A stretch of DNA of 23,048 nt from a virus. Taxonomy: Duplodnaviria > Heunggongvirae > Uroviricota > Caudoviricetes. The stretch lies in IMG/VR virus record IMGVR_UViG_3300033119_001367; one strand, written 5' to 3'. Positions 1 through 7,396 of the stretch are shown here, in pieces. Position numbers and translations under genes: made by a program. The notes under the pieces are model-generated. The model was not told where the DNA came from. It saw only the letters and a list, made by a program, of their open reading frames with translations, and did not search any database. Numbering within the stretch: position 1 is the first letter of the stretch; each line of letters begins with the position of its first letter.

Positions 1-728
1 TCAAATAAATAAGTACATATACCTCCATTATTTAACTCTACAAAATTCTCATACCTATCATCTACAAATATATCTATACCACTTTTCTTAGCAACTTCTA
101 CTTTACTTTCCCCAAAACCAACACTGTATACAGGCATAGTAGGGAAACCATTCTTATCTATCCATTCTTCAGTCCACTCTTTTGGAATACTCCTTGAAGT
201 TATATAACAATGTGGCTCAAAGTTAATATCTGAAGGTTTAGTTTTTACAGGTATGGACAGCCAAAAATCTTTATCATCTTTTAAAGAATCAAATTTAGCC
301 TTTATATCCCTGTCAAAATTCCATGTTTCAGGCACTTCCTGAGAATGATGTTTAGTCCAATGTCCTACCCAATCTGCCAGTACCTCATCTATATCTAACC
401 CTATCTTAGGTCTATTTAGATAATTGTGCCTTCTATCATCAAATTGTGGAGCTATTTTATAATAAGCACTTAAAAAGTGAGCATTACATTGTAAATGATC
501 TATATGTTTTAAACCACTTTCCAAATCAAAATCTTCCCCTCTTTCAATAGCTGCTAAATGTCTCTTCATAGAGGCTATAGTAGAACTCCATGAAAGTCCT
601 TTTTCCCAATTCCTAGCCTCATATTTTGTTGCCCCAAAGCTTAGTACTTCTACTAAGCCTTGTTGAGCAACTGGATGAATTAAATCATACCTTAATTTTC
701 CTTGATTAAATCTTATTCCACTATCCAT
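1..728 (-). CDS. DUF5664 (dATP/dGTP diphosphohydrolase N-terminal-like) domain fused to a HAD-family 5'-nucleotidase-like domain; 3' end truncated by the window edge
   Basis: Not in the ORF track; translated by hand from ATG at 728: MDSGIRFNQGKLRYDLIHP...FGATKYEARNWEKG...RHL...GEDFDLESGLKHIDHLQCNAHFL (DUF5664-type motifs), then IGLDIDEVLAD (HAD motif I) and FVDDRYEN (HAD motif IV). The frame stays open to position 1. Confidence 0.85.
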   Translation of the reverse strand, partial: MDSGIRFNQGKLRYDLIHPVAQQGLVEVLSFGATKYEARNWEKGLSWSSTIASMKRHLAAIERGEDFDLESGLKHIDHLQCNAHFLSAYYKIAPQFDDRRHNYLNRPKIGLDIDEVLADWVGHWTKHHSQEVPETWNFDRDIKAKFDSLKDDKDFWLSIPVKTKPSDINFEPHCYITSRSIPKEWTEEWIDKNGFPTMPVYSVGFGESKVEVAKKSGIDIFVDDRYENFVELNNGGICTYLF

Positions 729-731
729 ATT

Positions 732-968
732 TTATTGTAATTTTATACTTGATTCTAAAAAGTCAATATGTGCATATCCTTTAGTAGTATGAACTCTAAC
801 TTCATTTCTATCTTCTACAGCTTCAAATGCTAATATCTCTGCATCACCAGCTTCTTTATCTTGGTGTTCAACTCTATCTCCCACTACCCATGTTTCTCCA
901 TATGAACTAATTGCAGATTTCTTATCTACACTAATATAATTTGTTTTTACTCTCATATATTTACCCAT
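732..968 (-). CDS. hypothetical protein, possibly a small SH3-like barrel (VGDRVEH)
   Basis: 78-aa ORF tightly packed between neighbours on the coding strand. Confidence 0.7.
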   Translation of the reverse strand: MGKYMRVKTNYISVDKKSAISSYGETWVVGDRVEHQDKEAGDAEILAFEAVEDRNEVRVHTTKGYAHIDFLESSIKLQ

Positions 969-1335
969 ATTTTTCCATTAATTTAAAGCATTCTTTAAAA
1001 CCTTCTATTTCACATTCTTCCCTTTTCAAAGTACCTATACCAGTACTATCAAATACATCTATACTCTTATACCTTACTTGCCAAGACCAACCATGCATTT
1101 CATCTGGTCCATCTACTAGTAAGAATATACCCTGCTCGTCAAAGAAATGGTATAAAGACCTGAAATTCTGATTTAGAATATTAGCAGCTCCTAACTCTAC
1201 TATTCTATCTGTAATCTCAGGAGCTTGTGTCTCTGGAACATCCTTAAGAAGTTCCTTTTGTAACTGTAATAACCATTTCTTTACATGCTCATAAAATATC
1301 TCCTTACTTTTTGGATAATCTTTTAAATCTATCAT
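961..1335 (-). CDS. hypothetical protein
   Basis: 124-aa ORF with short overlaps to both neighbours (ATGA overlap at 1332-1335). Confidence 0.75.
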   Translation of the reverse strand: MIDLKDYPKSKEIFYEHVKKWLLQLQKELLKDVPETQAPEITDRIVELGAANILNQNFRSLYHFFDEQGIFLLVDGPDEMHGWSWQVRYKSIDVFDSTGIGTLKREECEIEGFKECFKLMEKYG

Positions 1336-1877
1336 ATCAATTTACTTTTTGTTTCTTCATTAAATATCTCACGGTCTTCGTAGAATTGCCAATGTTCATC
1401 TAAATCTGTTAAATCCAGGTCATATAATTTCTTCCAAAAAGATTTTAAATACTGGCTTTTTCCAAATATATGATGTGGTAATGTAGTTACCAAAGTACCC
1501 TGAGAATTGTTTGTTTTTCTTGGTATTTCCCTTTTATATGGTTCAGAAACCTCTGAGAATTTACCTGTCATAATAATATCTATATCTTCTTGCCATTGTT
1601 CATGGAATTTATAAACAAGCATAGTCCACCCATCAGGATAATCATACTCATCTATTAGATATTTTCTTTCTCTTTCTGCTTCTACAAATTCATTAAAAGC
1701 AGTGATGTCCATAGGTCTAAACAATAAATATACAGCATTCTTGTAATCCATATCCTTTATCTCATCTTTCATATAGGCATTTTCAAACCCATGTTTCCAT
1801 AAATCTTTAAGACTTAATTTAAGAATAGGAACTACGAATATACTAGTAGCTGTTAATTTTAAAAACTCATTCGCCAT
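1332..1877 (-). CDS. hypothetical phage protein downstream of the exonuclease
   Basis: 181-aa ORF with an AT-rich start context (ATTATG). Confidence 0.8.
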   Translation of the reverse strand: MANEFLKLTATSIFVVPILKLSLKDLWKHGFENAYMKDEIKDMDYKNAVYLLFRPMDITAFNEFVEAERERKYLIDEYDYPDGWTMLVYKFHEQWQEDIDIIMTGKFSEVSEPYKREIPRKTNNSQGTLVTTLPHHIFGKSQYLKSFWKKLYDLDLTDLDEHWQFYEDREIFNEETKSKLI

Positions 1878-1885
1878 AATACAAA

Positions 1886-2956
1886 TTAAAGATTAACAAT
1901 TCCTCCAGCTTCAAATGCTGATTTACTAATATTCCATATTTGATTCTCCTGACACCATAGAATATCATTTATAATTTCAAAAACACCTTTGTATTCTCTT
2001 TCATTTTCTATAAAACCTCTCTCTGCTTTATCCAGGTCTTCTACAGTCATTTTATACTGTAGAGGTCTGTAAAAACAACCACTATGAGCTACTATAAAGA
2101 TTGGTGGAAGAATTTCATACTCACTATAGTCAAATCCTAAATCTAATACTCCTGACATTAAAGCTCTCCAGTAGATATATCCCTGAATATAAGCCTGTTT
2201 TTTCAGCCAGTATTCCCTTTTAAAGTTTACAACATCATATACAAATTTTAAATCATATATCTGTATAGTTTTATTATTGTGGTCTACTACAATCCTATCC
2301 AGCATAGCTTTCATTTCTAAACCTTCTACTGTAAAGCCCTCAATTTGTTGTTCATTAAAATACTCACATCCTTCTCTTTCTTCAAAGATAGGACCAGTAA
2401 ACTCATCTTGCATTATTAAAGAAACAGCTTTCTCTGCTATAGTAATATCATCCACGCAACATATTTGTAAATTCCTACTTCTAGCTTCTCTTAATTGGTT
2501 ATAGTACATTTCTGGTGTTTCACCATTATTTTTATTAGGTTTAGTAAAATTTTCTAATACCTTTTCCTTGGATATTTTATACCCACTATCTATATAAGCT
2601 AAATCAACTAAATTAGAAAATTCCTCAGTCACTATCCCATTTTCATCCATATTACTAACTGTATGCTTATATAAGGATTCTGTAAATACAAGCATATTTG
2701 CAGTTGGTGGATTTGTACAAGTACTCATGTAAAACTTACTATCAAAATTTTCAGGTTCTAATAGTAAATTATGTCCCAAGCTTCCAATTAGCAAAGCAGG
2801 ATTATATTCATCTTCCTGTCTTGTCTCAGATTTTTCTATTTTAGTTTTAAAAAACTTTTTTCTATCTATACTAAATTCTCTAAGATCACTAGATGATAGA
2901 TAGTCTAACTTTCTATATTCTTGTTCTGATCTGTTTACTTTTTTCTCCCCCGTCAT
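1886..2956 (-). CDS. PD-(D/E)XK exonuclease (RecE/exonuclease VIII, DUF3799-like)
   Basis: YLSSSDLREF, LLIGSLGHNLLLEP, KAMLDRIVVD and IYDLK nuclease motifs, plus QAYIY. Confidence 0.8.
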   Translation of the reverse strand: MTGEKKVNRSEQEYRKLDYLSSSDLREFSIDRKKFFKTKIEKSETRQEDEYNPALLIGSLGHNLLLEPENFDSKFYMSTCTNPPTANMLVFTESLYKHTVSNMDENGIVTEEFSNLVDLAYIDSGYKISKEKVLENFTKPNKNNGETPEMYYNQLREARSRNLQICCVDDITIAEKAVSLIMQDEFTGPIFEEREGCEYFNEQQIEGFTVEGLEMKAMLDRIVVDHNNKTIQIYDLKFVYDVVNFKREYWLKKQAYIQGYIYWRALMSGVLDLGFDYSEYEILPPIFIVAHSGCFYRPLQYKMTVEDLDKAERGFIENEREYKGVFEIINDILWCQENQIWNISKSAFEAGGIVNL

Positions 2957-2959
2957 AAT

Positions 2960-3649
2960 TTAATTTTTAATTCTTTTATATATTTTATAGGAATCATAGT
3001 TAGATTTTCTAACTGGAATATAATTACCTATTTTATAAAAACCCTCTACTCTCTTATTATTCTTAAGAGATATTATAGCTAAAGACCCTCTTTTTAACCC
3101 TGTCACTTCACAAGCTTCTATAATAGATCTCCATTCTCCATAGAAAGATCCATCCAAATGTAATAATACAATAGCTTCCCCTTCTTTATTTCTTTTATTC
3201 TCTTTACACCAATCTAAATATTCCTTTTTATAAACCACAGGATTTTTTAATTTAGTTAATCTTCTCTTTTCTAAATCTTCCTTTGTCCTCTTTTTCCCAG
3301 TTTGAGACTTTGACATTTTAGCTCTAGTTTCAGCAGAATGAGTTATAATTCCTTCAGGACTAGTTGGTTGAATATTATATCCAAACTTCCTATTATGTGT
3401 ATTTAATATATTACACCAATAGTGTTCCTCAGAAGCTAGAAATTCTGCTTTACATTCAACTAGAATTTCAAATAGAAAATTTGTTTCTCCGTCCCTATTA
3501 AAAGATCTTTGCAGATGGATATTACCATGTGTATTAGAGTTTAATCTACTTATATGATCATTCCATCTCATTTGTATATGAGTAGCATAACCAACATAGA
3601 TCTTTCCATTTATGATATTTGTTATAGTATATATTCCACAATTACCCAT
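2960..3649 (-). CDS. free-standing GIY-YIG homing endonuclease with a NUMOD3-type DNA-binding repeat
   Basis: CGIYTITNIINGKIYVG, RWNDH, E...E and YN motifs, and HSAETRAKMSKSQTGKK. ATG at 3649 preferred over 3673 because it overlaps the upstream stop. Confidence 0.9.
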   Translation of the reverse strand: MGNCGIYTITNIINGKIYVGYATHIQMRWNDHISRLNSNTHGNIHLQRSFNRDGETNFLFEILVECKAEFLASEEHYWCNILNTHNRKFGYNIQPTSPEGIITHSAETRAKMSKSQTGKKRTKEDLEKRRLTKLKNPVVYKKEYLDWCKENKRNKEGEAIVLLHLDGSFYGEWRSIIEACEVTGLKRGSLAIISLKNNKRVEGFYKIGNYIPVRKSNYDSYKIYKRIKN

Positions 3650-4037
3650 GTTCAAAATCGCAATTAGCTTCAAATTTTTTAACTAAGAATGTCCTAGTAG
3701 GAACTTCTATAAAATTCCATGTTTCCTCTACATTATCATCCCAATCAGGAGATTCTTTATTAAGAATAATCCTATCTATTTCCTCAAACTTTTCCGCTAC
3801 GGTATATCCCATAACACCGCAATAATGATTGGATTTTTCACAAAATCTCTTTTTACCATCTAACCATAGATTCCATATTCTCATATATTCTCTCCTGGAA
3901 ACTACTAATATACAAGGAAAATCGGACTCACTATTCTCATTTGGGTAACCATGTGTTTCTATATGAACTTGCTTCCCAAAAACTCCCAAAACTTTATCCT
4001 CACTCGGGTCAAAAAACAATACTAAATCTTTATTCAT
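3642..4037 (-). CDS. hypothetical protein, first gene after the promoter at 4056-4086
   Basis: 131-aa ORF; ATG 18 nt after the TAnnTTTG element. Confidence 0.75.
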   Translation of the reverse strand: MNKDLVLFFDPSEDKVLGVFGKQVHIETHGYPNENSESDFPCILVVSRREYMRIWNLWLDGKKRFCEKSNHYCGVMGYTVAEKFEEIDRIILNKESPDWDDNVEETWNFIEVPTRTFLVKKFEANCDFEHG

Positions 4038-4055
4038 AATCTTTTAATTTAAATA

Positions 4056-4086
4056 CAAAGATAATATAGAATTCCGATATTTCCAA
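4056..4086 (-). promoter_or_regulatory. Bacteroidota sigma70-type promoter (-33 TTG, 20-nt spacer, -7 TATCTTTG)
   Basis: Minus strand reads TTG GAAATATCGGAATTCTATAT TATCTTTG TA; intergenic and upstream of an ATG. Confidence 0.75.
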
Positions 4087-4101
4087 GAATTCTATATTAT
4101 C
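4060..4101. repeat. perfect 15-bp inverted repeat with a 12-nt spacer overlapping the promoter; possible intrinsic terminator for upstream minus-strand transcription
   Basis: GATAATATAGAATTC (4060-4074) / GAATTCTATATTATC (4087-4101); followed on the minus strand by TTTGTATTT. Confidence 0.85.
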
Positions 4102-4107
4102 AAATTG

Positions 4108-4146
4108 TTAAGCTTCACTTCTTACTTCTTTCTTTTCTCCTGTCAT
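4108..4146 (-). pseudogene. 12-codon stub MTGEKKEVRSEA*, a remnant duplicate of the exonuclease N-terminus
   Basis: 9/12 identity to MTGEKKVNRSEQ at 2921-2956, with the same AAATT-ATGAC start context. Confidence 0.75.
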
Positions 4147-4149
4147 AAT

Positions 4150-4416
4150 TTATAATTTTATCCATTTACCATCCCATTCTATTCCATCTTTATACCAGAG
4201 TCCTTTTCTCTGAGTAATATTAGCTCTTAATTGATTTAATCTGTCTTTTGTTACATTTGTAAAATAACCAGCATTTGTTATATAGATTTCTCCATGCATA
4301 GTAAATTCTGCTATTTTATTACCATGCAAATATAAGCAATAATCCAGACTTTCATCATTTCTTACCTTTTTATTATTACCTTTTAAAAAGGCTTTTATAA
4401 CACTTTCTCCTGCCAT
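4150..4416 (-). CDS. conserved-looking phage hypothetical protein (YLHGNKIA / T.VTKDRLN type)
   Basis: 88-aa ORF; start overlaps the upstream stop (TAATG). Confidence 0.75.
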   Translation of the reverse strand: MAGESVIKAFLKGNNKKVRNDESLDYCLYLHGNKIAEFTMHGEIYITNAGYFTNVTKDRLNQLRANITQRKGLWYKDGIEWDGKWIKL

Positions 4417-4853
4417 TATTCATGAATTTTACCTTTAAAAAATTTACCACCTACATTTCCATTATAACAATCTTGTCTGAATAAGACATTATTATTAATC
4501 ATATAAACTATTTCCCAATAGGATAATGATGCCTTATCCTTGCACAATTTAAGAATAGTTCTTCTAAACCCATTAGTATTTCCTCTTTCTTCTATATATT
4601 TTAACAATTCTTTACAACTTCCCCAGTAATCCAGCCATTTAGAATCCTTTACTCCTCTTTCTATTCTTTTCCTTGTTCCAGAAACTACTCTGGCTCTCTT
4701 AGAGAGTACCTTTTTGGTCTGATGAAGAAATGCTTTCTTACCAAAATATGATTTGCCCTTATCGTCATATATTACATATATAAAACCATAGTAACCTTCT
4801 GGTGGTTCATATAAACATTCTCCATTGTAGTACCAGCAATCATCTTTTATCAT
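4416..4853 (-). CDS. compact GIY-YIG family nuclease
   Basis: YGFIYVIY...KSYFGKK, WLDYWGS, F.R.ILKLC, YWE and YNGN; no C-terminal DNA-binding repeats. Confidence 0.75.
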   Translation of the reverse strand: MIKDDCWYYNGECLYEPPEGYYGFIYVIYDDKGKSYFGKKAFLHQTKKVLSKRARVVSGTRKRIERGVKDSKWLDYWGSCKELLKYIEERGNTNGFRRTILKLCKDKASLSYWEIVYMINNNVLFRQDCYNGNVGGKFFKGKIHE

Positions 4854-4856
4854 ATA

Positions 4857-5042
4857 TTATTTTTTATCTTTACCAAAATACTCTTGTTGACTTTCCATAG
4901 GAAAATCTCTAAAATCTCCATCATTAGATTGAGGAGGATTACCAGTAAGACTAGATATTATACCTTTACCATTACAAGTAGGACATTTAGTATAATCTAA
5001 CTTTTTCCCTGTTCCATTACAAATTGGGCATTTTTGATACAT
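4857..5042 (-). CDS. small DnaJ-type zinc-finger protein
   Basis: Two CxxCxGxG repeats (CPICNGTG, CPTCNGKG). Confidence 0.75.
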   Translation of the reverse strand: MYQKCPICNGTGKKLDYTKCPTCNGKGIISSLTGNPPQSNDGDFRDFPMESQQEYFGKDKK

Positions 5043-5299
5043 TATTTCTTAATTTTTATGTAATTTAATATTCCTTTTACATTCTTCCACCCAGTTTCTA
5101 GTAGTAATAAACAAGATACTCCACCATGAATATCTATCTTTAGTCTACCTTCATTATTACCATATCTCCTACCTTCATGGGTAAACTGGAATTGAACCAT
5201 AGGTTTCTTATACTCTACTGGTTTTTTTTTCTTTTTCATTACCCCTGAGAAACTGTCTATCTCATTTTTATTCTTAGGTTTTTGTTTTCTCTTCCTCAT
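5042..5299 (-). CDS. basic hypothetical protein
   Basis: 85-aa Lys-rich ORF in the operon orientation. Confidence 0.65.
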   Translation of the reverse strand: MRKRKQKPKNKNEIDSFSGVMKKKKKPVEYKKPMVQFQFTHEGRRYGNNEGRLKIDIHGGVSCLLLLETGWKNVKGILNYIKIKK

Positions 5300-5317
5300 T
5301 ATAATATTTAAATTTAC

Positions 5318-7342
5318 TTATTTTGATTCATACCAGTTTGTACCTATATTAGCAGAAGCTTTCATAAATAAATCCTTATTAACTAATAACTTATTACCTT
5401 CTTCTATCATAGAATATTCTAAAATTTCAGCATATTCTTTTGTTAAATGCTTTTGAGTTTCAAGATTTATCTCATCATGCACAACTAAAGCTATCCTGGC
5501 TTTCCAAAAATCCTTTTTCTTCCAAATATGCTCATATACTCTATTAGTAGCAGCTTTAGTTTGTAAAGCAGCCTTAGTTTGTGTTGGATTATTTAAAACT
5601 AATCTAAAATATTCCCCTTTTTTCTTAAAATATTGACTAACATTATAAGCATTTTGAGAATATAGAGCATAAGCACTTTCATTTTGAACTTTGTATTCTG
5701 CATCTTTTTTTAGTTCCTTGTGCTCATTTTTACCTTTTCTATACTCAGTCCACCAGCTACTACTTAGACTTTTAATCCATTTATGATTCTTTTTAAATTC
5801 TTCAAAATAAGGCAATTGTAATTTCCAGCCCAAAGCTGACTCAATATATCCCAATTTTATTGCTTCTTCTAATTTATTGTTCCCATAAGTATAAATACCT
5901 GCATGAAGTTCTTTATATGCATTTTCTATATGCATGGCTTCTTCCAAACTAATCCCTTCTTTTTGACTCAAAGTATAAGCTCCTCCACCAAATTGGAAGG
6001 TAAATCTGGGAGCTTTGGATGCTTGTCGTTTATCTTTATGGTTTTTAATAATTTCTTCATCTGTTAAATCTTTAATTTCAGGATATAAAACTCTAGCAAA
6101 GGCACAGTGTAAACAACTATTATTAATAACACTGCTAACCATAGCAGCATCCCCTGTATTATCAGCTCCTGTAACCCCTTCCTGAGCACTATAATCTGCT
6201 ACTATGTAATCAAATCCTTCTTTAGCTTCAAAAGGTCTTCTACTTTTCTCATTGGCCGGGATATTTAAAGTATTCACATCATTTACTTCTGTTTTATCTC
6301 TGTTTTTACCTCCAGCAGAAATCCTTGCAGTATCTAATATAGGCTTATAACTAGTATACAGTCTACCTTCATATATATTCTTATAGAATGATTCTCCAAA
6401 TGTAGTAACATCATGCTTAATAGATTGATAATCAAGCCACAAATCTACAAATTCATGTTTAGTCTTTTTTATCACATCTTCTGCTACTGATTTACCTGTA
6501 GCTGCATCAGGATTTTCCACATTAATTCCTAATTTCTCAAAAACTTCTATCATTTGAGCGGAACTAGTAATTAATAGATCTAAATCTACTCCGTCTGATT
6601 CAAATAAAGAAAATTGTTTTTTTCTGTATTCTGGTAATTTATCAGCAATATATTGCTTAATTATATTTTCCTTAAGTTTAAGCTCTTTTTTGTCATTATC
6701 ACATTTTTCTTGCCATTTCTGTTCATTTATAGGTACTCCACAACACTGCATATAAGCACAAGCCCTAATCCATTTACAATGCAAATTATATACTTGAACA
6801 AAACTTTTTTGTACAATTTGTTTATGTAAACAATCTGCTAAATTTAATAATTTATCCACATCATTAAAGCAGTACTGGATAGCTTTATCAGTACTTAATT
6901 TGATTTTAGCAATGTTTTTTTGCTCTGATTTATCATAAATTACTCCTAATTCTTCTTCCATAACAGTACCAAAATCATGCCTTTTCATAACCAGACCATT
7001 ATACATAATCTTTCTTGCCAAGAAAGTATCTCTTACCTTCCAAGGAAAAAAGTTATGTTTATATAACCAAGTAAGATCAAATAAACTATTATGCATAACT
7101 AGTATCTTATTCTCAAGATAAGGTAAAACCTCTTTAATATTGATACTTTCTAAGTCTATAAGATAGTTATTAGTCCCAGTACCTATTTGTATAGCAAACA
7201 TATCTCCTTTATAGAACTTTAAGCCAGTAGTTTCACTATCATAACTAATAGTCTTAGGTAGAATCATCTCTGTTAAATCACAGTATTTATACTGTCCTAT
7301 ATTATCAAAATAGTTTTTTCTGTTAGTTATTATAAAATTCAT
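5318..7342 (-). CDS. polA: family A DNA polymerase (3'-5' exonuclease + polymerase, no 5'-3' exonuclease domain)
   Basis: ExoI YDSETTG, ExoII HNSLFD, ExoIII YCFND, motif A ADYSAQE, motif B RQASKAPRFTFQFG, motif C VVHDEI. Start placed at MNFIIT (7342) because the promoter occupies the upstream in-frame stretch. Confidence 0.95.
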   Translation of the reverse strand: MNFIITNRKNYFDNIGQYKYCDLTEMILPKTISYDSETTGLKFYKGDMFAIQIGTGTNNYLIDLESINIKEVLPYLENKILVMHNSLFDLTWLYKHNFFPWKVRDTFLARKIMYNGLVMKRHDFGTVMEEELGVIYDKSEQKNIAKIKLSTDKAIQYCFNDVDKLLNLADCLHKQIVQKSFVQVYNLHCKWIRACAYMQCCGVPINEQKWQEKCDNDKKELKLKENIIKQYIADKLPEYRKKQFSLFESDGVDLDLLITSSAQMIEVFEKLGINVENPDAATGKSVAEDVIKKTKHEFVDLWLDYQSIKHDVTTFGESFYKNIYEGRLYTSYKPILDTARISAGGKNRDKTEVNDVNTLNIPANEKSRRPFEAKEGFDYIVADYSAQEGVTGADNTGDAAMVSSVINNSCLHCAFARVLYPEIKDLTDEEIIKNHKDKRQASKAPRFTFQFGGGAYTLSQKEGISLEEAMHIENAYKELHAGIYTYGNNKLEEAIKLGYIESALGWKLQLPYFEEFKKNHKWIKSLSSSWWTEYRKGKNEHKELKKDAEYKVQNESAYALYSQNAYNVSQYFKKKGEYFRLVLNNPTQTKAALQTKAATNRVYEHIWKKKDFWKARIALVVHDEINLETQKHLTKEYAEILEYSMIEEGNKLLVNKDLFMKASANIGTNWYESK

Positions 7343-7347
7343 AACTA

Positions 7348-7378
7348 CAAATTTAAGGAAGTATACCTGAATAAACAA
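7348..7378 (-). promoter_or_regulatory. Bacteroidota-type promoter for polA (-33 TTG, 20-nt spacer, -7 TAAATTTG)
   Basis: Minus strand TTG TTTATTCAGGTATACTTCCT TAAATTTG TAGTT ATG; lies between rIIB and polA. Confidence 0.7.
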
Positions 7379-7388
7379 GTATACTTCC
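7357..7388. repeat. perfect 10-bp inverted repeat with a 12-nt spacer overlapping the polA promoter
   Basis: GGAAGTATAC (7357-7366) / GTATACTTCC (7379-7388). Confidence 0.8.
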
Positions 7389-7396
7389 AATTTAGT

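Noticed and set aside
65-94. TTG-N19-TATATTTG promoter-like match inside the HAD domain
   Set aside because: It lies inside a CDS and a chance match is plausible in such AT-rich DNA; it could serve a gene beyond the left edge but that cannot be supported here
2960-4037. Group I intron or intein hosting the GIY-YIG gene
   Set aside because: The downstream exonuclease has its own complete start and motifs, so splicing is not needed; no intron core or intein termini were recognised
1-7342. Z-genome (2-aminoadenine) system suggested by DUF5664 plus a divergent PolA
   Set aside because: No purZ, datZ or mazZ-like gene is visible in the window; kept only as a check to run
7343-7390. Longer PolA N-terminus (MEVYLFIQ...) and other extended starts in the track (3673, 12727, 14459, 16033, 21519)
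   Set aside because: These extensions run through a promoter or hairpin or lengthen the overlap with upstream genes; downstream ATGs have better coupling and leader context
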